Shown: positions 33,181 through 44,829 of the stretch, in pieces | How positions within the stretch are numbered: position 1 is the stretch's first letter | Layout of the letters: each line of letters starts with the position of its first letter | NCBI RefSeq assembly: GCF_009914755.1 | Contig: NC_060930.1 | Source of the DNA: the human T2T-CHM13v2.0 reference genome, Homo sapiens | Strand: one strand, 5' to 3' | Length of the DNA: 64,000 nucleotides | The notes under the pieces: model-generated | The model's database searches: none | The model's input: the letters and a program-made list of their open reading frames with translations, nothing else | What the model was told of the DNA's origin: nothing | Position numbers and translations under genes: made by a program

Positions 33181-34405
33181 ATAGCTTACAGCTGAAAGAG
33201 ACCAGTGGGGTGAGTTGAGATTACAATCCTGAAGTTATCACTTACACTTTACTCTGAGCTAGATGGGGTTCCAAAGGCTTTATATATACAGTATCATTAG
33301 TCATCTATTTAATCCTTACAAGGACCCTGTAACATAGAAACTAACATTACTCCTATTTGGCAGAAGAGAAAACTAAGGCAAAGTTTTCTTGCCAAAAGGT
33401 CATACAGGTAGGATTTCAACCCAGCCAATGTGGTCTCCAAGTTGTACTTCTCATATTAGTCTACAATGCCCTTCACATGATTAGCAAGGCTGCCAAAAAT
33501 AGAGGGAGAAATGGGAATCCTCCCTTTTCCATACAAGAAAAAGGACAGCAGAACACATCTGCCCTCTCTCTCGCCTCTTATCCACTCACTTCTCTGACGG
33601 GAGGAGGGAAGACTTTGATTGCTGCTTGGGAGGTGCAGCTAAGCACACTTTCTTGGCATGGTAAGGTCATCAGTGTAGAATCTGCCACAAGGGGAGTTTA
33701 CAATTTAAGGTAGGTAAATTCCAGGACTGATATTTAATATATTTTAATAATCACTTTATCACCAGACCAACCCTCAGAGCAACCACTGGTGTGCTACTGA
33801 GCCCTGGTAAGTTAGGTTAATAGAGTTATTAGCAAGGGTTAATTAGAGAGCCACACTGTGGTCTTAGTTTCACCAATCCAGCCTTCTTAGTAAGACACAT
33901 GCTATTTTGATTCCTACTGGTCTAATTTCCAGTATTTTTTCAATTTGTTCTGAACTTAGAGGGGAAAGACAGGGATATAATTTATTCCCATCAACTCCCC
34001 AACAATCCTCTTACACCTTCTGGATAATATCCCAAGTACTAAATGCAGTTTTAGGTGACATTTCTCTGGAGTTCTGACAATTCTGCAGTCACATCCGCAG
34101 GTAATTTCAGCAACTAACATGACTTTCATGAGCACTCATTTAAAACGGTATAGGCTTAGTCTTGGCTCTTAGGTGCTTTCTAGTTTAGTACCTAAGAGCC
34201 TATACTGGGGACCATATGGTATGAAGTAGATGGAAGGAAGATGGACCATCCATGTCATCTCTCCTGTTGTAGACGTGAATGTACCTGTAAATTCAAAATA
34301 AGTAGGGTACGCTGGGAAGGGCCACAATCTGGGACATAAAATGATCTTTGGCAAATAAAATGATTGAGCTTTAGGTCCAAGGGGAGGGGACCTCATTACT
34401 CTAGA

Positions 34406-34838
34406 GTAGAGGTCAGCAAACTATAGGCACAGGCCTTCTGTTTTGTAATTTTTTTTTTTAAAGAGATGGGGTCTCACTCTGTTGCCCAGGCTGGAGTGCA
34501 GTCACATGACCCTAGCTCACCGTAACTTCGAACTCATGGGTTCAGGCGATCTTTGGCCTCATCCTCCTGAGTAGCTGGGACTGCTGGTATGTACCACCAT
34601 GCCCAGTTAATTTTTAAAAATTTTATGTAGAGATGAGGTCTTGCTATGTTTTCCAAGCCTGTAAATAAAGTTTTATTAGAACACAGCCATGCCCATTCAT
34701 TTACATATTGTCTATGGCTGTTTTTGTGCTCCACGATGGCACAGTCAAGTGGCTGCAACAGGGACTGTATGTCCTGCAAAGCCTGAAATATTTTCCAACT
34801 GGTTCTTTCCAGAAAAAAATTTTGCAGAAGACCTATGG
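34406..34838. mobile_element. MER58A interrupted by an Alu fragment (~34449-34657, minus)
   Basis: ggtcagcaaactat...gtaaataaagttttattagaacacagccatgcccattcatttacatattgtctatggctg...gcaaagcctgaaatattt. Confidence 0.82.
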
Positions 34839-35155
34839 TCTAGACCTAGGAAAGTAATTCTAACATTCTCAGGGTAAGGGGAGAGATTGGGGCCAATGGG
34901 GAGGAAGGACAAAGGAGCATATTTAGAGCTGGAACCTTTAGTGGGATTACCTGGAGGAGGCAGAGGGGACAGCATTAGGGTGGAACCACCACTATGCCTT
35001 ATTATGCAGGGTCCTTCCTCATTGAGAACTAAGCAATAATATGGCCTTCCTAACTGAATTATTTATATCCATTTGTGTAAGTTCCTAGACAGTGAATTAA
35101 GTGGATTTTTCTCCAGTTCTTCAGAATTGCCAGCACAAAAAATGTAAAATGCAGG

Positions 35156-36884
35156 CACAGGTAATCAAAAATGTTTTAATGATTACTGTTTAGACATTTA
35201 ACAATGTAGGTATATCCAGGTGAGCTAAGCACACTTTGACAGCACACTATTGAATGTTATAGTTTCTGTATTGAAATATGTAAAGACATCTGCAAATTAG
35301 TACCTAGCAATGAAGACATACATTTATAAATATACACATTCTAGGTTTGATAAGGTAAATGTAAACAGATGCCATGACTCCTTTTCAAACAGAAAACCCA
35401 CAAGACTAATAGAGAACCAATAGGCTCCCTATAGTACGAATGTGCAAAATTAAAGCATGGTAAACTGATATTTACATAAATATCAAACCAACAATTAGTT
35501 TATACATTGTCAATGACCTTCTAAGATATGTCATGAGTGGTTCCAAGAATATCTTTCCCCCAATGGAGAAGGTATTCAGAGGCTAAATTCCGACACTTTA
35601 AAATGACACACATCATAGGCTTTACCTGTTTGACCACTGCCTCAAATGTGTGAGATGTGATTTTATGATAAGCAGTCTATTATTTTTAAACAAGAGGTTC
35701 TAAACACATCTTTAGATTCTAAGCAGAAAGAAATTACAAGTACTATTAGATTTACATTAAACAAGTTACCTCTATCAAATTTCTCGATTCTCTTATGCTG
35801 TAGCTATATTTGATTTTACCTTAAAAAGTTCTAAGGTCCTTTCCCCCCCTTTGTTAATTTTGGTAAACTAGGCACATTTTACAAGGAAATCTGTGTCAAA
35901 ACAGATAACAGTGCATAAATCAATCCAAATTTAGACCCTGGCAACCAGTTCCCCATTGCTCATCTACGGGACTCTGTCAAACGGTAAATAGGCAATCATC
36001 TCTCTTGAAAAGTATACATCCTCTCTCGCACTGGTGGAAAGCAAAATTGACTTTTTGTTTGCTGTATAAAAACACTTAGCACTTCAGAAATTAAAAATGG
36101 CCTACTCACCCTACACCCTTCCTAAAATCTCGAGGACAAAGAATATATATTTAAGTTTCATCACGACTGCTGTAGAGCCCCCCCCTTTTTACATTAATAG
36201 TGGCACTCAAAATAAAAAAATAAGATCTGTTAAAAAGTTAAACTGACTGTTCCACTAGATTTGAGCCTGCTTGATTCAAAGCCAATAGTACAAAACTGAA
36301 GGTGCCGTGTCTGATTTCACATCAACAAGTCACTGGAAATTATGTCACATTAGTTTCATAAATCATGGTCTTTGATTTTTTCTAAACAGAGCTATTACAA
36401 ATTAATACAAACTTGAAACATACCCTAATTTAAACTAATAAGCTTTGGGCCCTGCTTTTTAAATTTTAAGGCATGTGTGTTTCTCTACCATAACAACATT
36501 GTACAAATTTACATTTACAATCACATGCATGATCTACAGTTAAAAAAAAAAGTTTGGATTACAGTGTTTTTAAATTGTGAATCACAATTCAGCACCTATC
36601 ATGTTATAACTAATAAGGCAACAGCAGTGTTGTATACTATAATAATACTCCCTTTCCACAGTCTAGCGCAGGGGTCAGAGAGCCCAGAAATGTTAGAAAT
36701 CTTATCCCTACTTATATAATCTGTATACGTTTTCTAGGGGTTTTGAATTGATGAAAGAAGTCCTACATGAATCACACTATTGTAGGCCAGACTAGTTACA
36801 GCAGCTGTTAACGAGCATTGGGGCACAACTCATATTGTGCTTACAATCAGATGACGTGGTTTGGAGGGTTTCAATTCTTTGACT
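35156..36884 (-). other. ELOVL5: ELOVL5 3' UTR (~1.7 kb)
   Basis: AT-rich, repeat-free stretch after the stop, ending near an ATTAAA signal; cleavage position approximate. Confidence 0.8.
35175..35180 (-). promoter_or_regulatory. ELOVL5 distal poly(A) signal ATTAAA
   Basis: Plus-strand tttaat at 35175-35180, with U/GU-rich sequence downstream on the minus strand. Confidence 0.7.
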
Positions 36885-37028
36885 TCAATCCTTCCGCAGC
36901 TTCCTTGGCTTCACATTGTTTTCCAGGGGTGAAAAGCTGTTGGTGTGTCCATTCACAGCAGCCATGGACCCATTCTGGTGGTCCTTCAGGTGGTCTTTCC
37001 TTCGGGAGGCCCCTTTCTTGTTGTAGGT
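36885..37028 (-). CDS. ELOVL5: ELOVL5 last exon, coding part (144 nt), TYNKKG...VKPRKLRKD*
   Basis: ttttag|ACCTACAAC...GAT TGA. Total CDS 58+188+78+172+125+135+144=900 nt. Basic C-terminal ER-retrieval-type tail. Confidence 0.98.
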   Translation of the reverse strand, partial: TYNKKGASRRKDHLKDHQNGSMAAVNGHTNSFSPLENNVKPRKLRKD

Positions 37029-38350
37029 CTAAAATGTGTAAGGGCAGATGAGAACCAAATGACCACAGTTTTCTTTATAGGGAACTTTACTGAGAATTGC
37101 ATCCCTAACACTAGGCCTAGTTTCAAGATCAAATCTTATCAAGGAGAAACTCCTGAGGTCAAGTCCTCATTGACTAAATCTTTTGTCACTGGTTTCAATC
37201 ATTCTTCCTTTTTTTTTTTGAGGCTTAGCCTGAGGTAAGTTAACTGAATCACAGGCTGCAACAGAAATACTATTTAAAATGTCACATAGAAAATTCAATT
37301 TACACTTTGCTTTGCCTTTTAGTATCTGGATGGCAGATGACAGGGGTTATGTGGCCAAATTGGTCTTTCCCACCTGGCAGCAGCTCTCTTGACACCCACA
37401 TCCCTTGTTCGTCTTCAAAAGTTCCTCACTGCCTCGGCGACTATCTCAGCCTTCATGAACAAAGTGCTATGCTGCTATAAGTAGTTAGAATAAATGTGAT
37501 TTCAGCTTCATCGGGTCCTATCCTTTCACCTTCCTTGTAGCTGGTGTATGTCCCACAGTGCAGCCATAAACTATGAAGCCCAGAAGTATATGACTTCCAC
37601 TGAAACTCAACATGCCACACACAGGTGCTTGTGGGCACAGAAGAAGAAAGGACAAATGTCTGAGCCTCGGGACTTGCAGCCTCTGCCCTTGCTCCTGACC
37701 TCCGTGTTTTGCCCAGATCAGCAGGCCTTATGGCTACCAGGCACTGGCAACAAAGGCAGGACACATGTCATCTGGGGGGTGACGCATGGCAGGAGAATCA
37801 GCAGTGGCTGCAACGTGGTCAGGCTCCACTGGAAATTATCTGCCCTAAATGGATCTTTCTGTGAGCAAAGACCTACATCACCACATCATATGCTTAGGAA
37901 TGAACCGAATCCTCACACCTGAAGACTGAATGTATAAGAAAGCTGGGACAAAAAAGCAGATCTCCATATCTGAGGACTGTGATAAAAATCTCTTCTGAAA
38001 TTTCATTTGGCCATGACGTTCAGGGTAGTGAACTGAGAGATTTCTGATTGAAATCACCTCTCACGTCTCTGCTGCAGGTCAGAGGGAAGCAACATAGGGT
38101 CCTGCTGCACAGTTTTCCATTTCCCAGGGGAATCCCAAGACTTCCTCACCCAGGCTCTAGAACAGGATTCTAGTGTCTTCCAGTGAGCTGTGAGCCCCCC
38201 AGAGGCAGGGGCTGCTCTTGTCATAGTGACTCCATTAGAGGCCAGAGCCTGTCACCCAGCAAGGGCTCCACATGCCCATTAAGTAAATAGATGAGGGCCT
38301 TTGTTGGTAAAGGCCCCAGATTCCAAGTCCCAGAGAAGGGTGAGATTTAC

Positions 38351-38485
38351 CTGAATGTAGAAGTTTGTGAAGAGAGCAATCAGGGAAATCATGTATCCAA
38401 TCTGGAAATACAACCAACCAAGAGGGAATGTGCACGGCCAGATGACCCCGCAGCTGGTCTGGATGATTGTCAGCACAAACTGAAG
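38351..38485 (-). CDS. ELOVL5: ELOVL5 exon 7 (135 nt), LQFVLTIIQTSCG...LFTNFYIQ
   Basis: cctag|CTTCAGTTTG...ATTCAG|gtaaat; overlaps ORF 38279..38476. Gly230 codon (38417-38419, the SCA38 G230V site) is wild type. Confidence 0.98.
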
Positions 38486-39027
38486 CTAGGGGAACAGAGG
38501 GGATGCAGCTGAACAGGGACAGTGCATGGACGAGGCCCCACACCAGGCAGACTTTTTAACCAGCATCACCTAAATTTCTGAATTAACACTTACTACCCTT
38601 GCTGCAGGTACAGCAGTCACTTCATGAACACAACACATACACTATACTTATCCTAAACTCTAGGTGTGTTTGTCTTATATATATTCTTCCTCTGCCCTCC
38701 AAGCTATTTAAACTACCTTCTCCAAATTTCAAGGATACACTATAGAGACATCCAAGACTTTTTGTTTTTATTTTTTGAGAAGGAAGAGCAAGTGTGTATG
38801 TTGAAAGGGCACTGATAACATCACTGCAGGATGTGCCACCTGGCTGGACATCCTTCCAACTCCTTATCCATGGACGCTTCTGGTTTGGTGAAGGCTGATG
38901 AGTAGATTTAAACCTTTACTGGCAAACAACACTAAGTGCATTGATTAATTTTGATGAATAAACCTTGAAACGCATGTGAACTGGTTAGAGAAATGGTGGA
39001 AAGATGTTTTAAAAAGGGCTAGGCTCA

Positions 39028-39357
<330 letters not shown>

Positions 39358-39387
39358 CTAGCAGCTCCAATGTTTCTATGTAGAGTT

Positions 39388-39516
39388 TTTTGTTTTTAAT
39401 TTTTGAGACAGGGTCTATGTTGCCCAGGGTGGCCTCAAACTCTCAGGTTCAAGAGATCCTTCTACCTCAGCCTCCCGAGTGACCGGGACTCCAAGCCATG
39501 ACCCACTGTGCCTGGC
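39388..39516 (-). mobile_element. Alu monomer (FLAM-like)
   Basis: Single diverged arm. Confidence 0.8.
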
Positions 39517-40062
39517 TGTTTGCCTTCTCTTTTTTAAGGTTAGTACTGCAGACTGAGGAATAACTAGGAGTGGTGCTTAAAATAAATCCTGACAACCTGG
39601 GTAGGTTTAATCTTCCACCTCAAAGTACAGAGCCTAACGGGAGACCAACTTTGCCAGTCTGTTCTTTTAAATTCTGCTTCCGCCAGACCCAAAACTGTGG
39701 TATAAATCAATTTCTGCATCATTTCTCCTCAAGTATAACAAGGAGGTTAATCAACAATTTTCCTTTTTCACAGGTGGGTGAGAAAAAATTAACAAGGACC
39801 ATATAGCAGCTGGCAGAGAGGTGAAAATGAAACATCAAACACTTCAGTCTCTAAGATTTTCTCAGACTTTTTTTTCAGATTGTTATTTTTAAATATTGAA
39901 AAATCATAATTGACTTGAAGGGATCTGAATCAGCTTGGTGTGTTTAGAAAAATGTGTTAATAATGCAAGGACAGGGCAAAGGGTTTAATGTCCACACCCC
40001 TCAGTCAGCTAGCTTTGGCCTATTGACTCAGTGTCATCTATAAAATAGGGACAATAATATGT

Positions 40063-40193
40063 GTTTTTCTTTTTGGTAGAGACAGGGCCTCACTATGTTC
40101 CCCAGGCTGGTCTTAAACTCCTGGCCTCAAGTGATCCTCCTGCCTCGACCTCCCAAAATGCTGTGATTACAGGCGTGAGCCACTGTGCCTGGC
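40063..40193 (-). mobile_element. Alu monomer (FLAM-like) inside a MIR
   Basis: TSD gggacaataatatg. Confidence 0.85.
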
Positions 40194-40977
40194 TTGGGGA
40201 CAATAATATGAAATCAGGCTACTGGAACAATCTATGTAAAATCATGTACTTAGTATGAGTACCCAACATGTGCTAAACACTTAGGAAATGTCAGTGTTTA
40301 ATATGAGCAGTAGTAGTATTAATTAGTTCATAGACGAATTCATGAGAGGAGAGAAAGAGGTTACCTATAATATACTGATGAATGCAGAAGGCTTAATCAA
40401 GGATGGTGAGAAGTATCAGGTGAAGTGGCCTGGCCCTGGCAGTAAACCAGGGGAGGAGCTGTTAACTGAAGCAAACAGCTGCCATCCTCACCAACAGGTG
40501 CTCCACTGCATGGGGGCTGAGGGGTCATCCATACCTGCCAGACAAATATCCTTGCTGCCTAGTAATGGGCTACACATACCCTGGACTCCATACTACTCTC
40601 CAGCTCCTTCTAAAACCCCTGGAAACATACAATTTTCATTTTGGATTTTGGACTATAATTAGAAAACACACACACATATACACACATACATGCATATGTG
40701 CTTATGTGCAAAAACTCAGAAGAGCTGAACTTGAAGTTGGCAAATTAGATTCTAGACCTCTTTGTACAATTCAACTAGCTGTATGCCCATGGTCACAGTT
40801 CACTATCAGTTCAAAACAAGAAAATTCCCTAATCTACCCACTTCAAGGAATTTAATTACATCAAATGAAAAAGGGTGGAGAAGGGGCATCTTAGATGCTA
40901 TTACATAACACTAAAGCCAGGAAGAGGTCTGTATCCACCAGGAAGTAAGTCCTGGGGAAAGAGGCCAAGTCACTCAC

Positions 40978-41102
40978 CAGCTGCCCCTGAGTGATGTACT
41001 TCTTCCACCAGAGGTATGGACGCATGGAAGGGACTGACGACAAACCATAGTAAGAGTACATGAGGACGTGGATGAAGCTATTAAGTGTGGCACCAAAATA
41101 AG
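40978..41102 (-). CDS. ELOVL5: ELOVL5 exon 6 (125 nt), [42 protein letters not shown]
   Basis: cctgcag|CTTATTTTGG...CAGCTG|gtgagt; ELO motifs NxxxHxxMYxYY and TxxQ. Confidence 0.98.
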
Positions 41103-42847
41103 CTGCAGGAACAGAGGGATTTGGGAAGGAGAATGTATTAGTGTTTTAAACAGAACAGGTGGTAAAAAAAAAAAAAATACAAGATTCTTTTTGAATCAGA
41201 AAGAGAGATGACTTCCAACGGAGCTGACAAACACTGCAACAGCAAGCAATGCATGGATGTGTAATGAGAATTCAATTTCCACTTGGGCAGGCAGCCACCA
41301 GGAGGCTCCGAGCCCAGGGGTCAGCTGTAGCTGCTAGAGGGGCATCTGACACTGAAGCCACGACGCCATCCCAGCACCTACAGGCTTTGCTGCAGATGCC
41401 CACCCACTCTCAGAGACAGCTGTTTTTCTTTACATGCACAACTGCCCAAATATGCTCTCTGAAGGCTGTGGAAGACAGCTGATGGGCAATATGCTCAAAA
41501 ATGGTTGTTTCTATACATTTGCTGGGGTGTGGAGAGGTCTCTGAAGCCATCTTCTAATTATTTCCCAGGACTGCAGTGCTGAGGTCATACATTTTTATTA
41601 ATAATAGAGTCAAGAGTCTAGCTCCTTAGAGATAAAAGAGCCATCTTATCACATCATTTTCAATGTTCAGTAGGACCACTAGTTCTTTTTCCAGACTCTG
41701 TCCTCCTCCCCAACAGTCAGCAACCAAACCAAGCCATCTGGCTTTTCCCTGTGCAGTTGCAGGTGCACAGCCTGGTGTTAGGGAAGTTTCTACTCCTGGC
41801 TATGATAGGAACTGGCTTTTGACTTTGGACACATCACATCCATTCCCTGGTTCAGTTTCTCATGGCCCAAGTGGAGCTGATTAAATCTGTCCTCCTGAAA
41901 GTTCTCTGAAAATTTAAAGCACTCTTCAAATGTAGGGAGGGGCTGTTTCTATTAGAAAGTTAGGTCAGTTAATCCACCATCATGAGCTCTGACAGTGGGA
42001 GGAAGAGCAGAAAGCCCCAACTCTACCCACCTTTCTGTGGTCTTAGTTTCCTCCCAAACCCAAAGGATCTGTATTTGGAAAGCTTTTTTTTTTTCCTAGC
42101 TCTGGAATTCCATGACACTGTGAATCTTAGCAGGCTCAGGTAATCAAGGGCAGTGCTATCCCAGAGAAAAAAATATCCATAAATAGACCCATAGGTTCTC
42201 AGTTAAATTCTTCAGTGTTTGGATGACGGGACTTTTGACTGAGACATTTGCTAAAACTCCCAGGCTGAATCTGAAGGTGGCAATCTCTGAAAATTATAAG
42301 AAACTTTGGACTACAAGCTTTCCAAAAACCAAGTACAACCTTAGAAAATTTATATCAAGTTTTGGTGCTCGTTATAGAAGACACCTTGATCACCATGCTT
42401 CAGGGAATATGAGGGTTGTTAGAACATGTGGAGACTTCCTAATGCATGACAGCTAAAGCTGTATTTCAAAATGAGCCTTGCTCCCTGGTACTCATGCAAC
42501 AGTGTGATCCTATTTTCCTCACCTGCCCGTCTCAAACCTTCCACACCATACAGAAGGACCAGAAAGAACCTGGAAAGTTGCCCTCTAAGTCAGAGAATAT
42601 TGTACCTATTCCTTAATATGTCCCCAGTGGTATCTCCCTCATCTCACCCAATCAGCACAGAAAGTTCACTTAACTAAAAAAGGGTTTTGTGTGCATAGGT
42701 ACATAAACTATCATTAAAAGCAACTTGAACACAAAGCTGAAAGCCTGACCTAGACATTTACAGAAACAGCACCTTTTCTGAAAGCCTTAGTTTCAACTCT
42801 CCTCCCTGCTCACACCTGTTCCCCAAGTCCCCGTCTCTAATACTTAC

Positions 42848-43019
42848 AGTGGCCGCAGGGGACCCAGTTCATCACAAACCACCAGATGTTCAGCATCGAG
42901 GCATGGTGGTAGACGTGCAGGACCGTGATCTGGTGGTTGTTCTTGCGCAGGATGAAGAAGAAAGTGTCCATAAATTCTATGAGTTTGGAGAAGTAGTACC
43001 ACCAGAGGACACGGATAAT
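42848..43019 (-). CDS. ELOVL5: ELOVL5 exon 5 (172 nt), carries the ELO-family KxxEFxDT and LHxYHH (HxxHH) motifs
   Basis: cctcttag|ATTATCCGT...GGCCACT|gtaagt; translates [57 protein letters not shown]. Confidence 0.98.
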
Positions 43020-43936
43020 CTAAGAGGAAAGGGTCAAAGATTTAAGGCTTATCCTCACGGCTTCTCTGGAATATCACCTCTGACATGTTTCACTAATATC
43101 CAAAAATCTGATGTCAACTCGGAGAAGCCCGAGTGCCCCAAGAGCTCTTAATGTCCATCAGTGGCTGGGAGCTATGGTCACTCTCCAAGTACCTTTAACC
43201 AAAGAACATGATTGGGTTGGGACAGCTGGAGGGGTTTGAAATGACTACAGGGAATATTTTTGAAAGGGTCCCTGACACTCTTTGAGACTAACAAAAACAT
43301 GAGGCTCAAGGTTCAAAACCTTGAAGTCTGCCTATTCCCTCTGGAAGCAGCCTGCACAGCCATTAGCAAAGGAAAACCATCTGAAAAACGCTATTGATTT
43401 CAGGGACTAACATGGAGCAGCCGACCTGATAAGTGACACAGAAGAAAAGGAATCAGAACCTGCAGTGTCAGGTCTCTGCCCAATTAAACATGTCAAACAA
43501 GTGCTCTAAGGAGATGACTGCCCATGCTGAGCTGCGACTGTTGGCCTGTGATTTAAAACAAACCTCATGAGTGGAAGTCAGATTTTATTTTTAACACCAC
43601 TACTCGGAAAAAAGTACTTGGATGAATGATTTTAAAAATTTAAGACATTGCTCTTATGATCCTGATTGTGTAAATATAACATACTGACTGCATGTGATTT
43701 TTCCTGCCAATTGTTAACCGGAGTTATTTTTACAGAGGGGGATGCTTTAGGTTTTATTTTATACCTTTCACATTCAAATTTTAATTTGATGTGTATATAT
43801 TGCCTTTTTTATTCTTTTAAAAATATCAACAGGGATTGCCTGGGCAGTGAGGTTATGGGCCATTTTGTATTTTATACAATTTATTTTTAAAAACTCAACA
43901 CTTATAATAATAAAGTTTCTGAAAAAGAGACAGTAC

Positions 43937-44014
43937 CTTCATATCTGATTCTCCTGCGGTGCGTGTGCCCTGACAGAAGAAGTTGTATTTGCCTTCCCAT
44001 ACTCCTGTTACTAA
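43937..44014 (-). CDS. ELOVL5: ELOVL5 exon 4 (78 nt), LVTGVWEGKYNFFCQGTRTAGESDMK
   Basis: ttttag|TTAGTAACAGGA...ATGAAG|gtactg; phase 0/0. Confidence 0.97.
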
Positions 44015-44383
44015 CTAAAAAAGAAGAAAGAGCCAGTCACCAACAGCATCTGAGCCATGTAAAGTCCTCATTGAACTTTATTAGTTGCAGAATCTGTGAT
44101 AATTTACCTTGGGCTGTGCTGAGCCAAGTTTGCTCTGAGAAAAAACAATTGTAGGCAAGTGTAAACAAAAGGAAAGCTTTAATGACTTGAGTCTCAATTT
44201 CCTAAGGGGTGGGCTTAAAAGTCACTCCCAGGCTGCTGCCCTCAGAGACCTTCCTTTACCACGCTGCTTCTCTGCAGAACCCTCAGCCCGTCACCCCCTT
44301 GGTCCTAGCACAAGTGCCCAGACCAAGCCAATCACAGGCTCCCTGCTCTGCCCCACAGAAGCCTCTGGCTGCTTTCCCTAAGC

Positions 44384-44562
44384 CAGTGCTCCTCAAACTT
44401 GAGTGTGCAGCACCAGAATTACCTGAGGGGTGAGTTAGTAAAACATGGGTCCCTGGGGGTGTTTCTGTTCCAGTAGGTCTGGGGGCCTAGAATTTGTATG
44501 TCTAACAAGGTCCAGGTGATACTGATGCTGCTGATGTGGAAACCATACTTTGAGAACCACTG
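44384..44562. mobile_element. MER5A
   Basis: cagtgctcctcaaacttgagtgtgca...ccaggtgatactgatgctgctg...actttgagaaccactg. Confidence 0.8.
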
Positions 44563-44750
44563 CTGTAGGCTCAGGGATAATTTAGTCCAACTTTATCTTC
44601 ATTATTTCCTGTTGTTGTATGTACAATCCTCCGGATCCATGAATTAGGCTTCACAAACTGAAGGCTTCACAAGTGCCCATGCCTCAGAATCACTTGCAGC
44701 ACAGTAGGCACTATGCTGTCACAGAGAGGACCCCAGAACTGGGGTACAGG

Positions 44751-44829
44751 CTCTACATCACAGCCCAGCAGTTATCACGGGCCCCTCCCCTCAATGGGCC
44801 CGTGATAACTGCAGGGCTGTGATGTAGAG
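44751..44829 (+). ncRNA. MIR5685: MIR5685 precursor hairpin (mature ACAGCCCAGCAGUUAUCACGGG, 44760-44781)
   Basis: Near-perfect stem with an 11-nt loop seen directly. Name recalled from the miRNA annotated in an ELOVL5 intron. Confidence 0.8.

Noticed and set aside
42849-43151. 100-aa plus-strand ORF starting ...[12 protein letters not shown]
   Set aside because: Antisense shadow of ELOVL5 exon 5 with a GTG start.
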